Below are positions 10,937-24,000 of a DNA stretch of 64,000 bases, piece after piece (position 1 is the first letter of the stretch; the number at the start of each line of letters is the position of its first letter). The stretch is from Mytilus trossulus. Its lineage: Eukaryota. Position numbers and translations under genes: made by a program. The notes beneath the pieces are model-generated. The model saw only the letters and a list, made by a program, of their open reading frames with translations. It made no database searches and was not told where the DNA came from. The DNA lies in contig NC_086384.1 in NCBI RefSeq assembly GCF_036588685.1, positions 4,650,001 to 4,714,000 on the forward strand, given 5' to 3'.

Positions 10937-13900
10937 CTATAAAATAGTTTGTATGAACATAGCAGCTCCTTCAAAATTTCCCACTGTGCAGAACTAATTA
11001 ATGGCAATTGTCATGAAAACCACACATGTATACAGATATTCTTATAAGACAAAATTCTTACCATCTAACACTTAACAAATGCTTAATTCAACATTTATTG
11101 AAATACTAAGGTTGAAATAGTTGGAAAATCAGAAATTCTAAATTTAAATTCAAATTAACAAATTTTATAAAATTATGAGAGAAAAAAAAATTAAAACGTA
11201 CATGTGAAAAAAAAATGAAAAACAGAAAGGGTGGTTTCTGCTGAAAATCTCCCTTTGATTAGCACATTTCTTGAAAAACCCAAAACAATGCACAGTACAG
11301 TATCAAAGAAAGGCCATAGAAATGATTTGCACTTAAAATTATAGGTGGATCAATTTCTAAAACAATATCCCTAAACAAAGAAAATAATCGTGCGAGTGCT
11401 TTGGACACATTTACTTGTTTTACTGAATGGGAAAAAATCACTGTTCTACGCATTGTGCTGTAAATTGGTCAGAAGAAGTTGTTAAGGTTCATTCTTTCAT
11501 TCGCTGCAGAAACTATAAATCTTTAGATCAAAAGTTGAAAATAATATGTACTAGTTTGCTGTTAACTTATAGAATCACCAGCTGATTACAAATGATTCAG
11601 ACGAAATAAGTGCTCATACTTGGATGTTTGCACTATTTATCAATCATGTGAACTATTAAATAAAAATAATGTGATCTGTTAAATTAAAATGTTGCATTTT
11701 AGCGTTAGTGGTAGCCTTTTATGGTGGCGACCTCCCCTTTAATCCCCATCTGCTATATGACCCTGTTTATCTCTTGAATAAAAATTATTATATCTTTACA
11801 TTAAAAATAAAATCAAAATTTGCTCCTGGTTCTTTCTCTTGATTTAAGAAGAAGTTTCTGTCTAATTTTTATTAGTTTTGTAAAATTTCCTGGAGTTTGA
11901 CAAAGTTATTCAAAATCTTGCACTTTGATATCTAAAGATTGACAGCAAAATAATTATTGATAAGTAAATAATGGAAAAATGGACCAAAAAAAATCTAATT
12001 TTACTCTACATGTCAGGTATTTATATATAGAGAGTAAGAAGAATCTTCTTATAAAGTTCCCTGATATTGCTTAAAGTTCTGAGGAGCTTATTGATATTTT
12101 GTTACCTTCAACCCTAGGCTTTATCTAAATGTTAATTGAACAAAAATAAGGGCTTAAGTGTCCAAGTGTTCTAAATCTAAATGTTAATTGAACAAAAATA
12201 AGGGCTTTAGATATAGTGTCCAAGTGTTCTAAGTATTTTAACTATCACTGGCTCATTGCATAGGCGGATCCAGATGAAGGGACCCCCCCCCCTTTTGTGG
12301 GAAAAGTTTTGTTGCTTATAAAAGAAATGACTGGAGCAGCCCAATCCCTTCGGTCGGTCAGTGCCCCCCCCCTTTTTTACCAAAAGTCCTTGATCCACCA
12401 CAGCATTCACCATTGGCCTGTCAACTATGACATGTGTGTAAGGCTTTAATACAACACAAGGCAGTGCCCTTAAACTTTAATCATAATTCACTGTTAGTTT
12501 TCCACCGTAAGGTCATGGTTTTCTCCTGCATCAAACACCAATAAAAACTGACAAAAAAGCACAACTGTGCAGAAGTGGCATTAAACACCAATCAACATAT
12601 CAACTATTCCATAATGCTTAACAAAGTTTATATTGAAGTCTTTAAAAAAGGTTTAAAAAACACAAAGTTGATACCAGGCTTAAACTTATGAACACCAGAT
12701 AGGGTTCTCTCTACAAAAGGTGTTTTTTTTCTGGACAATTTTTAATTTTTTTCTTTCAATTTTAGCATCACATACAATGTATATAGTGGCAGCTGAGGTT
12801 GAAACAAACATATATTTTTTTCTCAGGTCAAAAACAAATTATTTCTTTATCTGAAAAATGGAAACACTTTTTTTTCCCCAAAAAAACCAAACTGAAAATC
12901 AAATACTGTAGATGCTGCCTTATAGGAGTGTGAGTTCTTTTTGTGAAAATTTTTTTCTCAACTTTTTTAATTTTCAAAACTCATTTCTTTAAAAAAAAAA
13001 AAAAAACATCCGTCATTTCTTATTCCTATCCATTTTCCTTAAATCTTTAGTTATACGCTTTTTATGTGAAAATAAAACATGCCTTGTAGATGTAGATTAA
13101 ACGCAGGTCTGGCATACTAAATTATAATCCTGGTACCATTGATAACTACTTGTATTAAAACTATCAATTAAAAAAGGGGGGATCTTCTGAATATAAAATC
13201 AAAAGTCAGTGAGAGACAGTTTTCCACTGATTCTGATAACAATCTATTTGTTTGTATCAGTATTTTGCAATCTATAGTAGAGTCATGGTCCACAGCTGGT
13301 CATTTCTGGTCAGTCTTTTACAATATTGGGGTAATTAGACAATATCCTGCTGTGAAGACAAACAAGTGTGTTTGAATAAATGATTTATCAATTATCTGTT
13401 AATTGGTAAATGTTATGGCTATTTAGCTGAAATGACCTAAAATCTGGCATTAGTTAATAATGTTATAGGACAAACCCTAAATTTCATCATAAAATTGAAG
13501 ATATCAAATTAAATTGCACAAATTATTGGTTTAAAAAAATTAAACCTTATATGAAAAGGGTGAAAAATACAGATTTTAATATATACCTTGGTTGAAATAA
13601 TCATCTTCTTGATTACATCACAAGTGTCTGAAGCTACATATAATTATATGTCAAGATAGATTTTTGATGTTTGAACAAAGGTCATTAAGGCATCAAAATT
13701 TAACCATGGAAATATTATATTCAACATATAATTATTCCATGATCAAACCAAATTTTCTTTGTTTCTATCTTTCCATGTGACACAATTTATCACTAGCAGT
13801 TTTAGATTAATCCAATTATTGTGACTTTTGCACCCGATTTACATACATCAGTTTGTATATACATGTACATATACATTTGTACATGTATTTAAAACAACTC

Positions 13901-15057
13901 TAGCTAAAAATTATATAAGTTGCACTTCTGTTAATTATTAAAAACAATGCAATTTCGCATAGGAACTATGGGTACCTTTACAGCTCAAACTATGCCCTCT
14001 TTTACTATGAAGTTTCATAAAATTTGTATTATATACTAAAATGGCAAGTTGTTGATATGTACTTCTATTTTATTCAAAGGTCAAAACAAAAGGCCATGCA
14101 GCATATCCTTTTAACATTTACATACATTTAAGAATGGCTAAGAGTTTAAACTAATTTATACTTGATAATTCTGTAGTATATCCCTACCCGGGCTACCCCA
14201 CCCATCATATGTCATATCTCATATCAGTATATACACAAAACAAAATATATATGAATAATATATCCCCTATAAAGAGACAGTCTGTGAAAAAACTGTCTTT
14301 GCAAAGTGCAACCTATAAAATGAATTGAACAACATTTTTAATGCTCCTGCTCTCTAAATTTTAACCTAACTATCTGTGTATCAAAGTTTTGTCTCCTCTC
14401 CAATTATTTTGAAGTCTTTTAAGAGATGTACATACATAGAACTCTTGTGTTTTATACCTGGAAATAATGATTTGCAAAGAAATCTTTTCTGGAAATTCTT
14501 AATGACTTCCAGTAAATATTATGTGGAAATTACCCTACCCTTGGAAAAAATCATGGAATTTCTTGTGCACTGATAGACAAAAAGTTTGGAAATTTTTTGT
14601 CGAGGTTGGAAATTTGTCTGGAAATTTAGAAAAAATCAAGAAAAAAAAATCTGGAATTCCAATGTCTTCCATAGGGGGGGGGGATGGATTATTTCTGGAA
14701 TAGCCCAATGTTTAACACAGTTATCTACCTTGATTAAAGTATCAGAAATCCAGCATGGTTTGCGTCTTTATAAACAAAGACATCTACAATACAATACACA
14801 AAATACCCATGTAACAATACACTATCGCCTTACAGATCATTTCAATGGCACCCTCACACAAAGCTTACATTTTATTGCCATTCTCCAAAAAATTGTTGTT
14901 TGATGTCATTTGGTAAGAATGTTTACCTTAAAAGTCATGAAAGTATCCCCATTACTACATATGTACCCTAAAAAAAACCCAGGGCTATGACTTTACCTAT
15001 GAAAGGATGTGGTGTTATAAAAATGTTGTATAAAGTTTTACTTTCTTTTGTTTCCAG

Positions 15058-18000
15058 AAAATGTCAAGAAACCTTCTAGTAAAGATAAAGGCTTCACAGT
15101 AAGTACAAGTTACAAATATATTATCTGTGTTTCTAAAGGCAGAAGCAGGTAAGTTAGTAAAACTTTATTTTGATTCAGCATAGTGACAAATGAGCTTAAC
15201 ACTGAATAGAAGTTAACTAGACCACAGGTCTATAAAACCTTAACTCTGTTAGTTAATGAGAGAAAACTTCACAAGAAACCAAATGATGCAGAATTTTACA
15301 AGTCTCACCACCTTCAACAATGATTAAAAGCTATATATAAGGCCCTGGAATGAAAATTAAAAAAAAAAACTTATGGCCTGAATTATGTTCAAAATAATGA
15401 CTGAAAAACAAATGTACAGGAACAAACATGACAAATGACAACTAATTACAACAATTACAACAAATACAATATTTTTTTGAATGTCAATTCATCTATAACA
15501 ACAAACATTGTTGAAAGTCATTACATCACAAAAGTTACTAATTTTTGCAGGTTGCAGTGGAAGGAAATATTGGAAGTGGAAAGAGCACATTTTTACAGTA
15601 TTTTAAAAACTTTCCAGAAGTTGATGTAAGAATAACATGTCTTTTTAATACAAGAAATATTAAACTTTTTTGATTTGAAGGAGTAAAATTGTTTAATAAT
15701 TAAAATCCAAATTTGGTTATCTTGCAATATTTAAAAACAGTAAAACAAGTCAGCTTCTGCTCTTAGTTATTTTGTATTGAAATGTTTCTTACATTTATCT
15801 AAAACTGTGTAAATAAAAAAGACAAATACATTTTTTATACTATATTTTCCTGCAATTAGTCTTGGCAGGAGTCAATGGAACTTAAGGACCCTATTTATAT
15901 TTGAGTGGGGTCTGGAGATATAACTAAACACAATTTTGTGCCAATGTCTTTTAGAGAATAGAAGAGTTAGTTTAAATGCCATATATTATAACTTGTATTT
16001 GTTATGGTTTAAAAATAACATGAATAACTAAGTAATTGTGCCATTTTGAAACATATTTATTTCTATTACTGTAAACCAATTAATATTTATGTTAAAGGTT
16101 TTTTGTAGCTCTTCTGAGTAGAAAAATATTATAATGTAAATAAATTGTTACAAATTTGTTTAACTTATTTTTAACTAAAAAATGTATAGCAACATCAAGT
16201 AGATGTTAAAATGTTTTTTTTAAATAATCTGAAATGCAAGGTAAATTAAGAAAATATAAAAGTGGTGAAATTCTAAATATTTAGCATCTGAAAAAAATAT
16301 GCTTAAATTACCTGATATATATGGTAACTATGTAATGTTGATTTGTTTGTATTTGTAGTTGATACCAGAACCTGTCAGTAAATGGAAGGATGTCAATGGC
16401 TTTAATACTTTGGTATATGTTCTCTTATTACCTCCCTTAGATGATTTAAAAAAAAAAAGTTTCACAATAATAACAAGTTTGCTTGCCAGTGGCTAATGCA
16501 AAATATTACCACAGTTGAGTAGAATTTGAATAATTACAATTTTATTATAGAAAACTCAGCAAAAAGGTTTCACTGCTTATCTTTGTTCTCAGCTGTCTGC
16601 ACCAAAAACTTTTTCAACTACTAGTCCGAAGACCAATATTCTGACATTTTACTTCTTGGGGCAAACAAAAGTTTTGCAAAAACTCACTAGTCCGAATGAA
16701 ATTTTACTAGTCTGGGGCATCAGACTAGTGGCTAACCGTGCAGACTGTGTTCTTAGATTTTATAGAATAATTCTGAAATTATTACAAATGATCCAACTGG
16801 GTGAACATCACAATAATAAGACCTAACTTCTGATATTAGCATGCACTTTTTCTTGAGACTTGATATTCTTCAAAAATCCCAATAATAAATGCACAGATTG
16901 TCACAAATGTTTTTGAGTTTACAGTTATCATGGTTATCAGACGGTGAAACTTCTTTATGCTTGAAGAGTTTGATGACAACTTTTCTTTATTATTTTTGCA
17001 GGAAATGATGTATAAAGATGCCAGTAGATGGAGTCTGGCATTCCAGTCCTACGTACAGCTTACAATGGCAGAGGGACACAGAAAAGATCTCAAAGATAAG
17101 GTAAAAACAGTTACAATTGTATTACTCAGTTATGTCCCTTTATAAGGTAAAAACAGTTGCAATTGTATTCCTCAGTTATGTCCTTTTATTAGCTCACCTG
17201 GCCCGAAGGGCCAAGTGAGCTTTTCTCATCACTTGGCGTCTGTCGTCCGTCGTCGTTAACTTTTACAAAAATCTTCTCCTCTGAAACTACTGGGCCAAAT
17301 CAAACCAAACTTGGCCACAATCATCATTGGGGTATCTAGTTTAAAAAATGTGTGGCGTGACCCGGTCAACCAACCAAGATGGCCGCCACGGCTAAAAATA
17401 GAACATAAGGGTAAAATGCAACTTTTGGCTAATAACTCAAAAACCAAAGCATTTAGAGCAAATCTGACATGGGTTAAAATGTTTATCAGGGCAAGATCTA
17501 TCTGCCCTGAAATTTTCAGATGAATCGGTCAATCGGTTGTTGGGTTGCTGCCCCTGAATTGGTAATTTTGAAGAAATTTTGCTGTTTTTGGTTATTATCT
17601 TGAATATTATTATAGTTAGAGATAAACTGTAAACAGCAATAATGTTAGGCAAAGTAAGATCTACAAATAAGTCAACATGACCAAAATGGTCAGTTGACCC
17701 GTTTAGGAGTTATTGCCCTTTATAGTCAATTTTTAACCATTTTTCGTTAATTAAAGTAATCTTTTACAAAAATCTTCTCCTCTGAAACTACTTGGCCAAA
17801 TTAATCCAAACTTGGCCACAATCCTCTTTGGGGTATCTAGTTTAAAAAATGTGTGGCATGACCTGGTCAACCAACCAAGATGGCCGCCACGGCTAAAAAT
17901 AGAACAAAGGGGTAAAATGCAGTTTTTGGCTTATAACTCAAAAACCAAAGCATTTTGAGGAAATCTGACATGGGATAAAAATGTTTATCAGGTCAAGATC

Positions 18001-21000
18001 TATCTGCCCTAAAATTTTCAGATGAATCGGTCAATCGGTTGTTGGGTTGCTGCCCCTGAATTGGTAATTTTGAGGAAATTTTGCTGTTTTTGGTTATTAT
18101 CTTGAATATTATTATAGATAGAGATAAACTGTAAACAGCAATAATGTTCAGCAAAGTAAGATCTACAAATAAGTCAACATGACCAAAATGGTCAGTTGAC
18201 CCGTTTAGGAGTTATTGCCCTTTATAGTCAATTTTTAACCATTTTTCGTAATTTAAAGTAATCTTTTACAAAAATCTTCTCCTCTGAAACTACTTGGCCA
18301 AATTAATCCAAACTTGGCCACAATCCTCTTTGGGGTATCTAGTTTAAAAAATGTGTGGCATGACCTGGTCAACCAACCAAGATGGCCGCCACGGCTAAAA
18401 ATAGAACAAAGGGGTAAAATGCAGTTTTTGGCTTATAACTCAAAAACCAAAGCATTTTGAGGAAATCTGACATGGGATAAAAATGTTTATCAGGTCAAGA
18501 TCTATCTGCCCTAAAATTTTCAGATGAATCGGTCAATCGGTTGTTGGGTTGCTGCCCCTGAATTGGTAATTTTGAGGAAATTTTGCTGTTTTTGGTTATT
18601 ATCTTGAATATTATTATAGATAGAGATAAACTGTAAACAGCAATAATGTTCAGCAAAGTAAGATCTACAAATAAGTCAACATGACCAAAATGGTCAGTTG
18701 ACCCGTTTAGGAGTTATTGCCCTTTATAGTCAATTTTTAACCATTTTTCGTAATTTAAAGTAATCTTTTACAAAAATCTTCTCCTCTGAAACTACTTGGC
18801 CAAATTAATTCAAACTTGGCCACAATCATCATTGGGGTATCTAGTTTAAAAAATGTGTGGCGTGACCCGGTCAACCAACCAAGATGGCCGCCACGGCTAA
18901 AAATAGAACATAGGGGTAAAATACAGTTTTTGGCTTATAACTCAAAAACCAAAGCATTTAGAGCAAATCTGACATGGGGTAAAAATGTTCATCAGGTCAA
19001 GATCTATGTGCCCTGAAATTTTCAGATGAATCGGTCAATTGGTTGTTGGGTTGCTGCCCCTGAATTGGTAATTTTGAGGAAATTTTGCTGTTTTTGGTTA
19101 TTATCTTGAATATTATTACAGATAGAGATAAATTGTAAACAGCAATAATGTTCAGCAAAGTAAGATCTACAAATAAGTCAACATGACCAAAATGGTCAGT
19201 TGACCCCTTTAGGAGTTATTGCCCTTTATAGTCAATCTTTAACCATTTTTCATAAATCTAAGTAATCTTTTACAAAATCTCCACTGAAACTACTAGGCCA
19301 CAATCATCTTTGGGGCATCTAGTTTGAAAAATGTGTCCGATGACCTGGCCATTCAACCAAGATGGCCGCCATGGCTAAAAATAGAACATAGGGGTAAAAT
19401 GCAGTTTTTTGCTTATAACTATGAAACCAAAGCATCTAGAGCAAATCTGACAAGAAGTTAAATTGTTAATCAAGTCAATATCTATCTGCCCTGAATTTTT
19501 CAGATGAATTGGACAACTGGTTGTTGGGTTGCTGCCCTCATATTGGTAATTTTAAAGAAATTTTGCCGTTTTTGGTTATCTTGAATACTATTATAGATAG
19601 CGATAAACTGTAAACAGCAATAATGTTCAGCAAAGTAAGATCTACAAATAAGTCAACATGACCTAAATGGTCAATTGACCCCTTAAGGAGTTATTGCCCT
19701 TTATAGTCAATTTTTAACAATTTTCATTAATTTGGTAAATTTATGTAAATTTTTACCAAATATAGTTCTCTGTTACTAATGGGCAAAGTTCATGATAGAT
19801 ATAATTGTAAGAAGCAAAATCGTTCAGTAAAGTAAGAACTTCAAACACATCACCATCACCAAAATACAATTTTGTCATGAATCCATTTGTGTCCTTTGTT
19901 TAATATGCACATAGACCAAGGTGAGCGACACAGGCTCTTTAGAGCCTCTAGTTAATGGATCCACAGTTATGTGACGTCCCTTTATAAACGGAACATCACA
20001 GAATTTAACATTTATTTTCAAGCTCCGGCATCTGTCTCATTTATCTCAAAATCTTTTAAAAGAAAATATGCAGGTCCTCACTATCATTTCTATTGCAAAT
20101 TCTCAAAAATGTGGTGGTCAAATCTTATGACCACCATTTATCCAGAACTCTGCATTTATTAACTAGAGTAATTAATTAACCATATTTTCCTATATATATA
20201 TCATCTGTTTGTATTCATAAATTTTTAACATACCTTACAATGAGACTATCTGTTTTTTTTACAGCACAAGTCTTTAAAGATGATGGAGAGAAGTATATTC
20301 AGTGCCAGATATTGTTTTGTAGAGAATCTCAGAAGACAGTAAGTTTTAGTTATAAATGTTACAAATCTTTACAGTAATGCAATACGTTTAACATCAGAAG
20401 TAAGTTTTAATTATAAATGTTACAAATCTTTACAGTAATGCAAGTTTAACATCGAGAACATTGAACAAAAAAAAGTAAGAATCATGTATATATTATCAGA
20501 TTACAAACAATTATTATGTCTGCGCCATCTAGATCAAGTTTAAATTTTGGTGGCGTCATTTTTACCATTCTGGAGGTAAGTCCCTTGTGTTACATATTTC
20601 ATTCTCCCTGTATTTGCTTTAAATTTAGAAAAATAAATAGTTATGTATTAACATATATTTGAATTCTTTTATTTAGGGATCTAATGGAAGAAGTAGATTA
20701 CTGTATTTTATCAGAATTTTACAAATGGATTTTAAATCATGAAGATACCAACGTTGATCTAATTGGTAAGTTTTAAATATTAATGGTAGAAAAAAGAAAT
20801 TTTCTAAAAGCAGTATTTTTCATCAAGTTTCTTTTTAATATTTTTGTTATAATTAAAGACAAGTTCCTTTGAGAAAGTGAAGTGTTGTTTTACAAAAAAA
20901 AGCTGTAGATTATCAATAGACTACTTTTGATGTCTCTTACCAGGAAAAAAAATCAATCGTGCATGCTTTTATGACTTCATTAAAAGATAAAAGATGAATG

Positions 21001-24000
21001 CCTGTAGCCCTGCACTATTATCCTGTCATTGTGCAGGATATACTAACAATAATATTTATCCCATAGGTACTTATTCACAAATTCTAATTATAGCAGTGCT
21101 GATTGTCAATTATAAGAATTTGATTTGCTAAATAATTCGTGCAATATAGCATCATATTTTTCCAACCACTTGCTCAACATCAGACCTACTTGATGATGTC
21201 CCAAAACACATGAATGATGTTTACTAGATCCTAAGTTTTTGACAGAAATGCATGGAACACTAAATGTGTCCCTTGTAGACAGAGGAAAGCTTGTTTATTA
21301 TGAATTTCAAAAGTCAATTAAAAAACCAGAACACATATATTTATCTGTCCATCTAACAGAATTGATCATACCTGATGTCTTCATTTTCATAATTCATTAA
21401 TATTCATATTTGTGTAATAAAATATATAATGACTAGATTGCCTACTGAAAATTTATGTCCATGATCAATGATCTATTAAAGATGACTCCATTAGAACATT
21501 GTTGTAAAACTCATACACAGTTATTTGACACTTGATTTTTGTCTTGATTTACAGTTTACCTTAGAGCAGATCCACATACATGTCAAGAGAGAATCAGAAA
21601 GAGAAACAGACATGAAGAAAAAGACGTGCCAATAGTAAGACTTATTTTGTATAATAATTTAGGGAAATATTGATATATAGGGGGGATAGGAGGGTTCCTG
21701 ATCCTGAAATCAGGGCTTAAAAACAAAAAATCCTGAAATCCCGGTCTTAAAAAAATGAAATCCTGAGGTCCCGATATTCCCGGATCTGGAAAGGCAAAAA
21801 TGAAAGGGTCAATCCTGAAATCCAGAGCTTAAAAACACCCGATCCCGGAGTCCTGTTAAAGGTCTTTTCCCCCCTTTCTCTCTGTATTGAAGACCAAATG
21901 GTGGCCTTCAGCTGCTTTCTGCTTCTTGGTCTGGTTGTTGTCTTTTTGACACATTCTCAATTTTATTGAGCAATTAATTATTTTTATGTTTCAGCTGTCC
22001 TTTCTTCTAAAGCATTAAATTGAAAAACAGATAAATTTGAATTTAAAAAAAAAAGGAAAAAAATAACACACAATATCAACTGATGTAGACTATATATATA
22101 TGTTGCCATCTTTTTGGTATTTGTTTATTTGGGTTGCTGTCTTGATTTGCTTTTATTTGTACTATAGTAACAACCCATGAATTTAACACACCTTATATAC
22201 TTGTAGGAATATTTACAGTCTCTACATGACCTACATGAATGTAACACACCTTATATACTTACAGGAATATTTACAGTCTTTACATGACCTTCATGAGGAT
22301 TGGTTGATGCACCAAAAACAGTTTGAACTGCCAGCTCCAGTAATTGTAAGGAACTTTTATATGTGATAATTGTCTGAAGCATTTACCGTCAGGATTTTGG
22401 GGAAATGCGCATTGATTTTTGTCGAGCCTGCAACTTTTGTTGCAGAAAGCTTGACATAGGGATAGTGATCCGGCGGCGGTGTAATCTCGCTTCTTAAAAG
22501 CTTTATATTTTAGAAGGTGGAAGACCTGGATGCTTCATACTTTGTATATAGATGCCTCATGTTACGAAGTTTCTGTCAGTCACATGTCCAATGTCCTTGA
22601 CCTCATTTTCATGGTTCAGTGACCACTTGAAAAAAAAGTTAAGATTTTTTGTAATGTTGAATTCTCTCTTATTATAAGTAATAGGATAACTCTATTTGGT
22701 ATGTGCGTACCTTGCAATGTCCTCATGCCCATCACACAGTTTTAACTTGACCTTGACCTCATTTCATGGCTCAGTGAACAAGGTTAAGTTTTGGTGGTCA
22801 AGTCCATATCTCAGATACTATAAGCAATAGGGCTAGTATATTCCGTGTATGGAAGGACTGGATGGTGTACATGTCCAACTGGCAGGTGTCATCAGACCTT
22901 GACCTCATTTTCATGGTTCAGTGGTTATAGTTAAGTTTTTGTGTTTTGGTCTGTTTTTCTCATACTTTAAGCAATAGGTCTACTATATTCATGATATTTG
23001 TTATATGGAATTATTGTAAGGTGAACATGTTTAGCAGACAGATGTTATCTGACCTTGACCTCATTTTCATGGTTCAGTGGTCAAAGTTAATTTTTTCAGT
23101 TTTGGTCTTTTTATCAAATACTATACGCCATAGGTGAACTATATTAAGTGTATGGAAATATTTTATGATCTATATATTAGTCGCGCAGGTTTTATTTGAC
23201 CTTGACCTCATTTTCACAGTTCATTGCTCAGTATGTCAGTGTTACGTTTTTTGTGTTTTGGTCTATTTTTTATTAAACTATAAGTATTAGGTCAACTATA
23301 TTTGTTTTATGGAAGCATTGTTAGCTGTACATGTCAGCCTGACATGGTTCATCTGACCTTGACCCCATTTTCATGGTTCATTGGTCTTTGTTTAGTTATC
23401 TTGGTTAATGTAACGTTTATGTGACAGTTGTAATAAAGCTTTATACTTAGGACTATCAACATAATATCAATGATTAGTAAATTTAAAGAAGGCGAGACAT
23501 TTCAGTGTGTGCACTCTTGTTTAGGCTTTTTTTTAGAATTTTCATTGAAAAAAAAAAAATCAAAAATCAAAATGGACGCCGTTTCCATAGAAACAAAGCC
23601 CGAAACCAATTTCTAAAGTTTTAGTTGTCAAGTATATATTATTTATGTAGTTTGTGTACAAAGAATGGTAAAAATCTGTTACATAGGTGTGAACACTAAT
23701 TTTTTTCCTTACAGAGAATGGCTCTTTAAGACCAAACAGCCTATTGTTTATGCGCATCAGCTAACGCAACTTGGTAGTGACATAAAAGCTCTATGACTAG
23801 TTTCTAGCAATAAAAAAAACGTCAAATTGTAACGTCCTATTTTGCGTTTTTCACAAATTCCAACATGGTGTACGCTACGTTGGTACGCTACGTCTCCCAA
23901 GAAAAGAGGAACTATTATGCGTCACGCTACTTTAATATCATGTGGATATTTAACACAAATGGACACATAAGATACTACACTGTATTTAACCTTTCGATCC

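Larger units (their letters stand above)
8389..14706. mobile_element. 6.3-kb TIR-bounded non-autonomous composite element (PIF/Harbinger-like ends)
   Basis: ~42-bp TIRs GGGCTATTCCAGAAATAATCCATCCCCCCCCTATGGAAGACAT at both ends; AAT on both sides (8386-8388, 14707-14709). Confidence 0.75.

Noticed and set aside
17256-19016. Short repeated ORFs (MATIIIGVSS...)
   Set aside because: Lie in the non-coding 502-bp units of a Helentron-like element.
22207-22264. Separate 34-nt TK2 micro-exon with GT at 22241
   Set aside because: Would need a 24-nt intron and breaks frame; explained by the tandem duplication.
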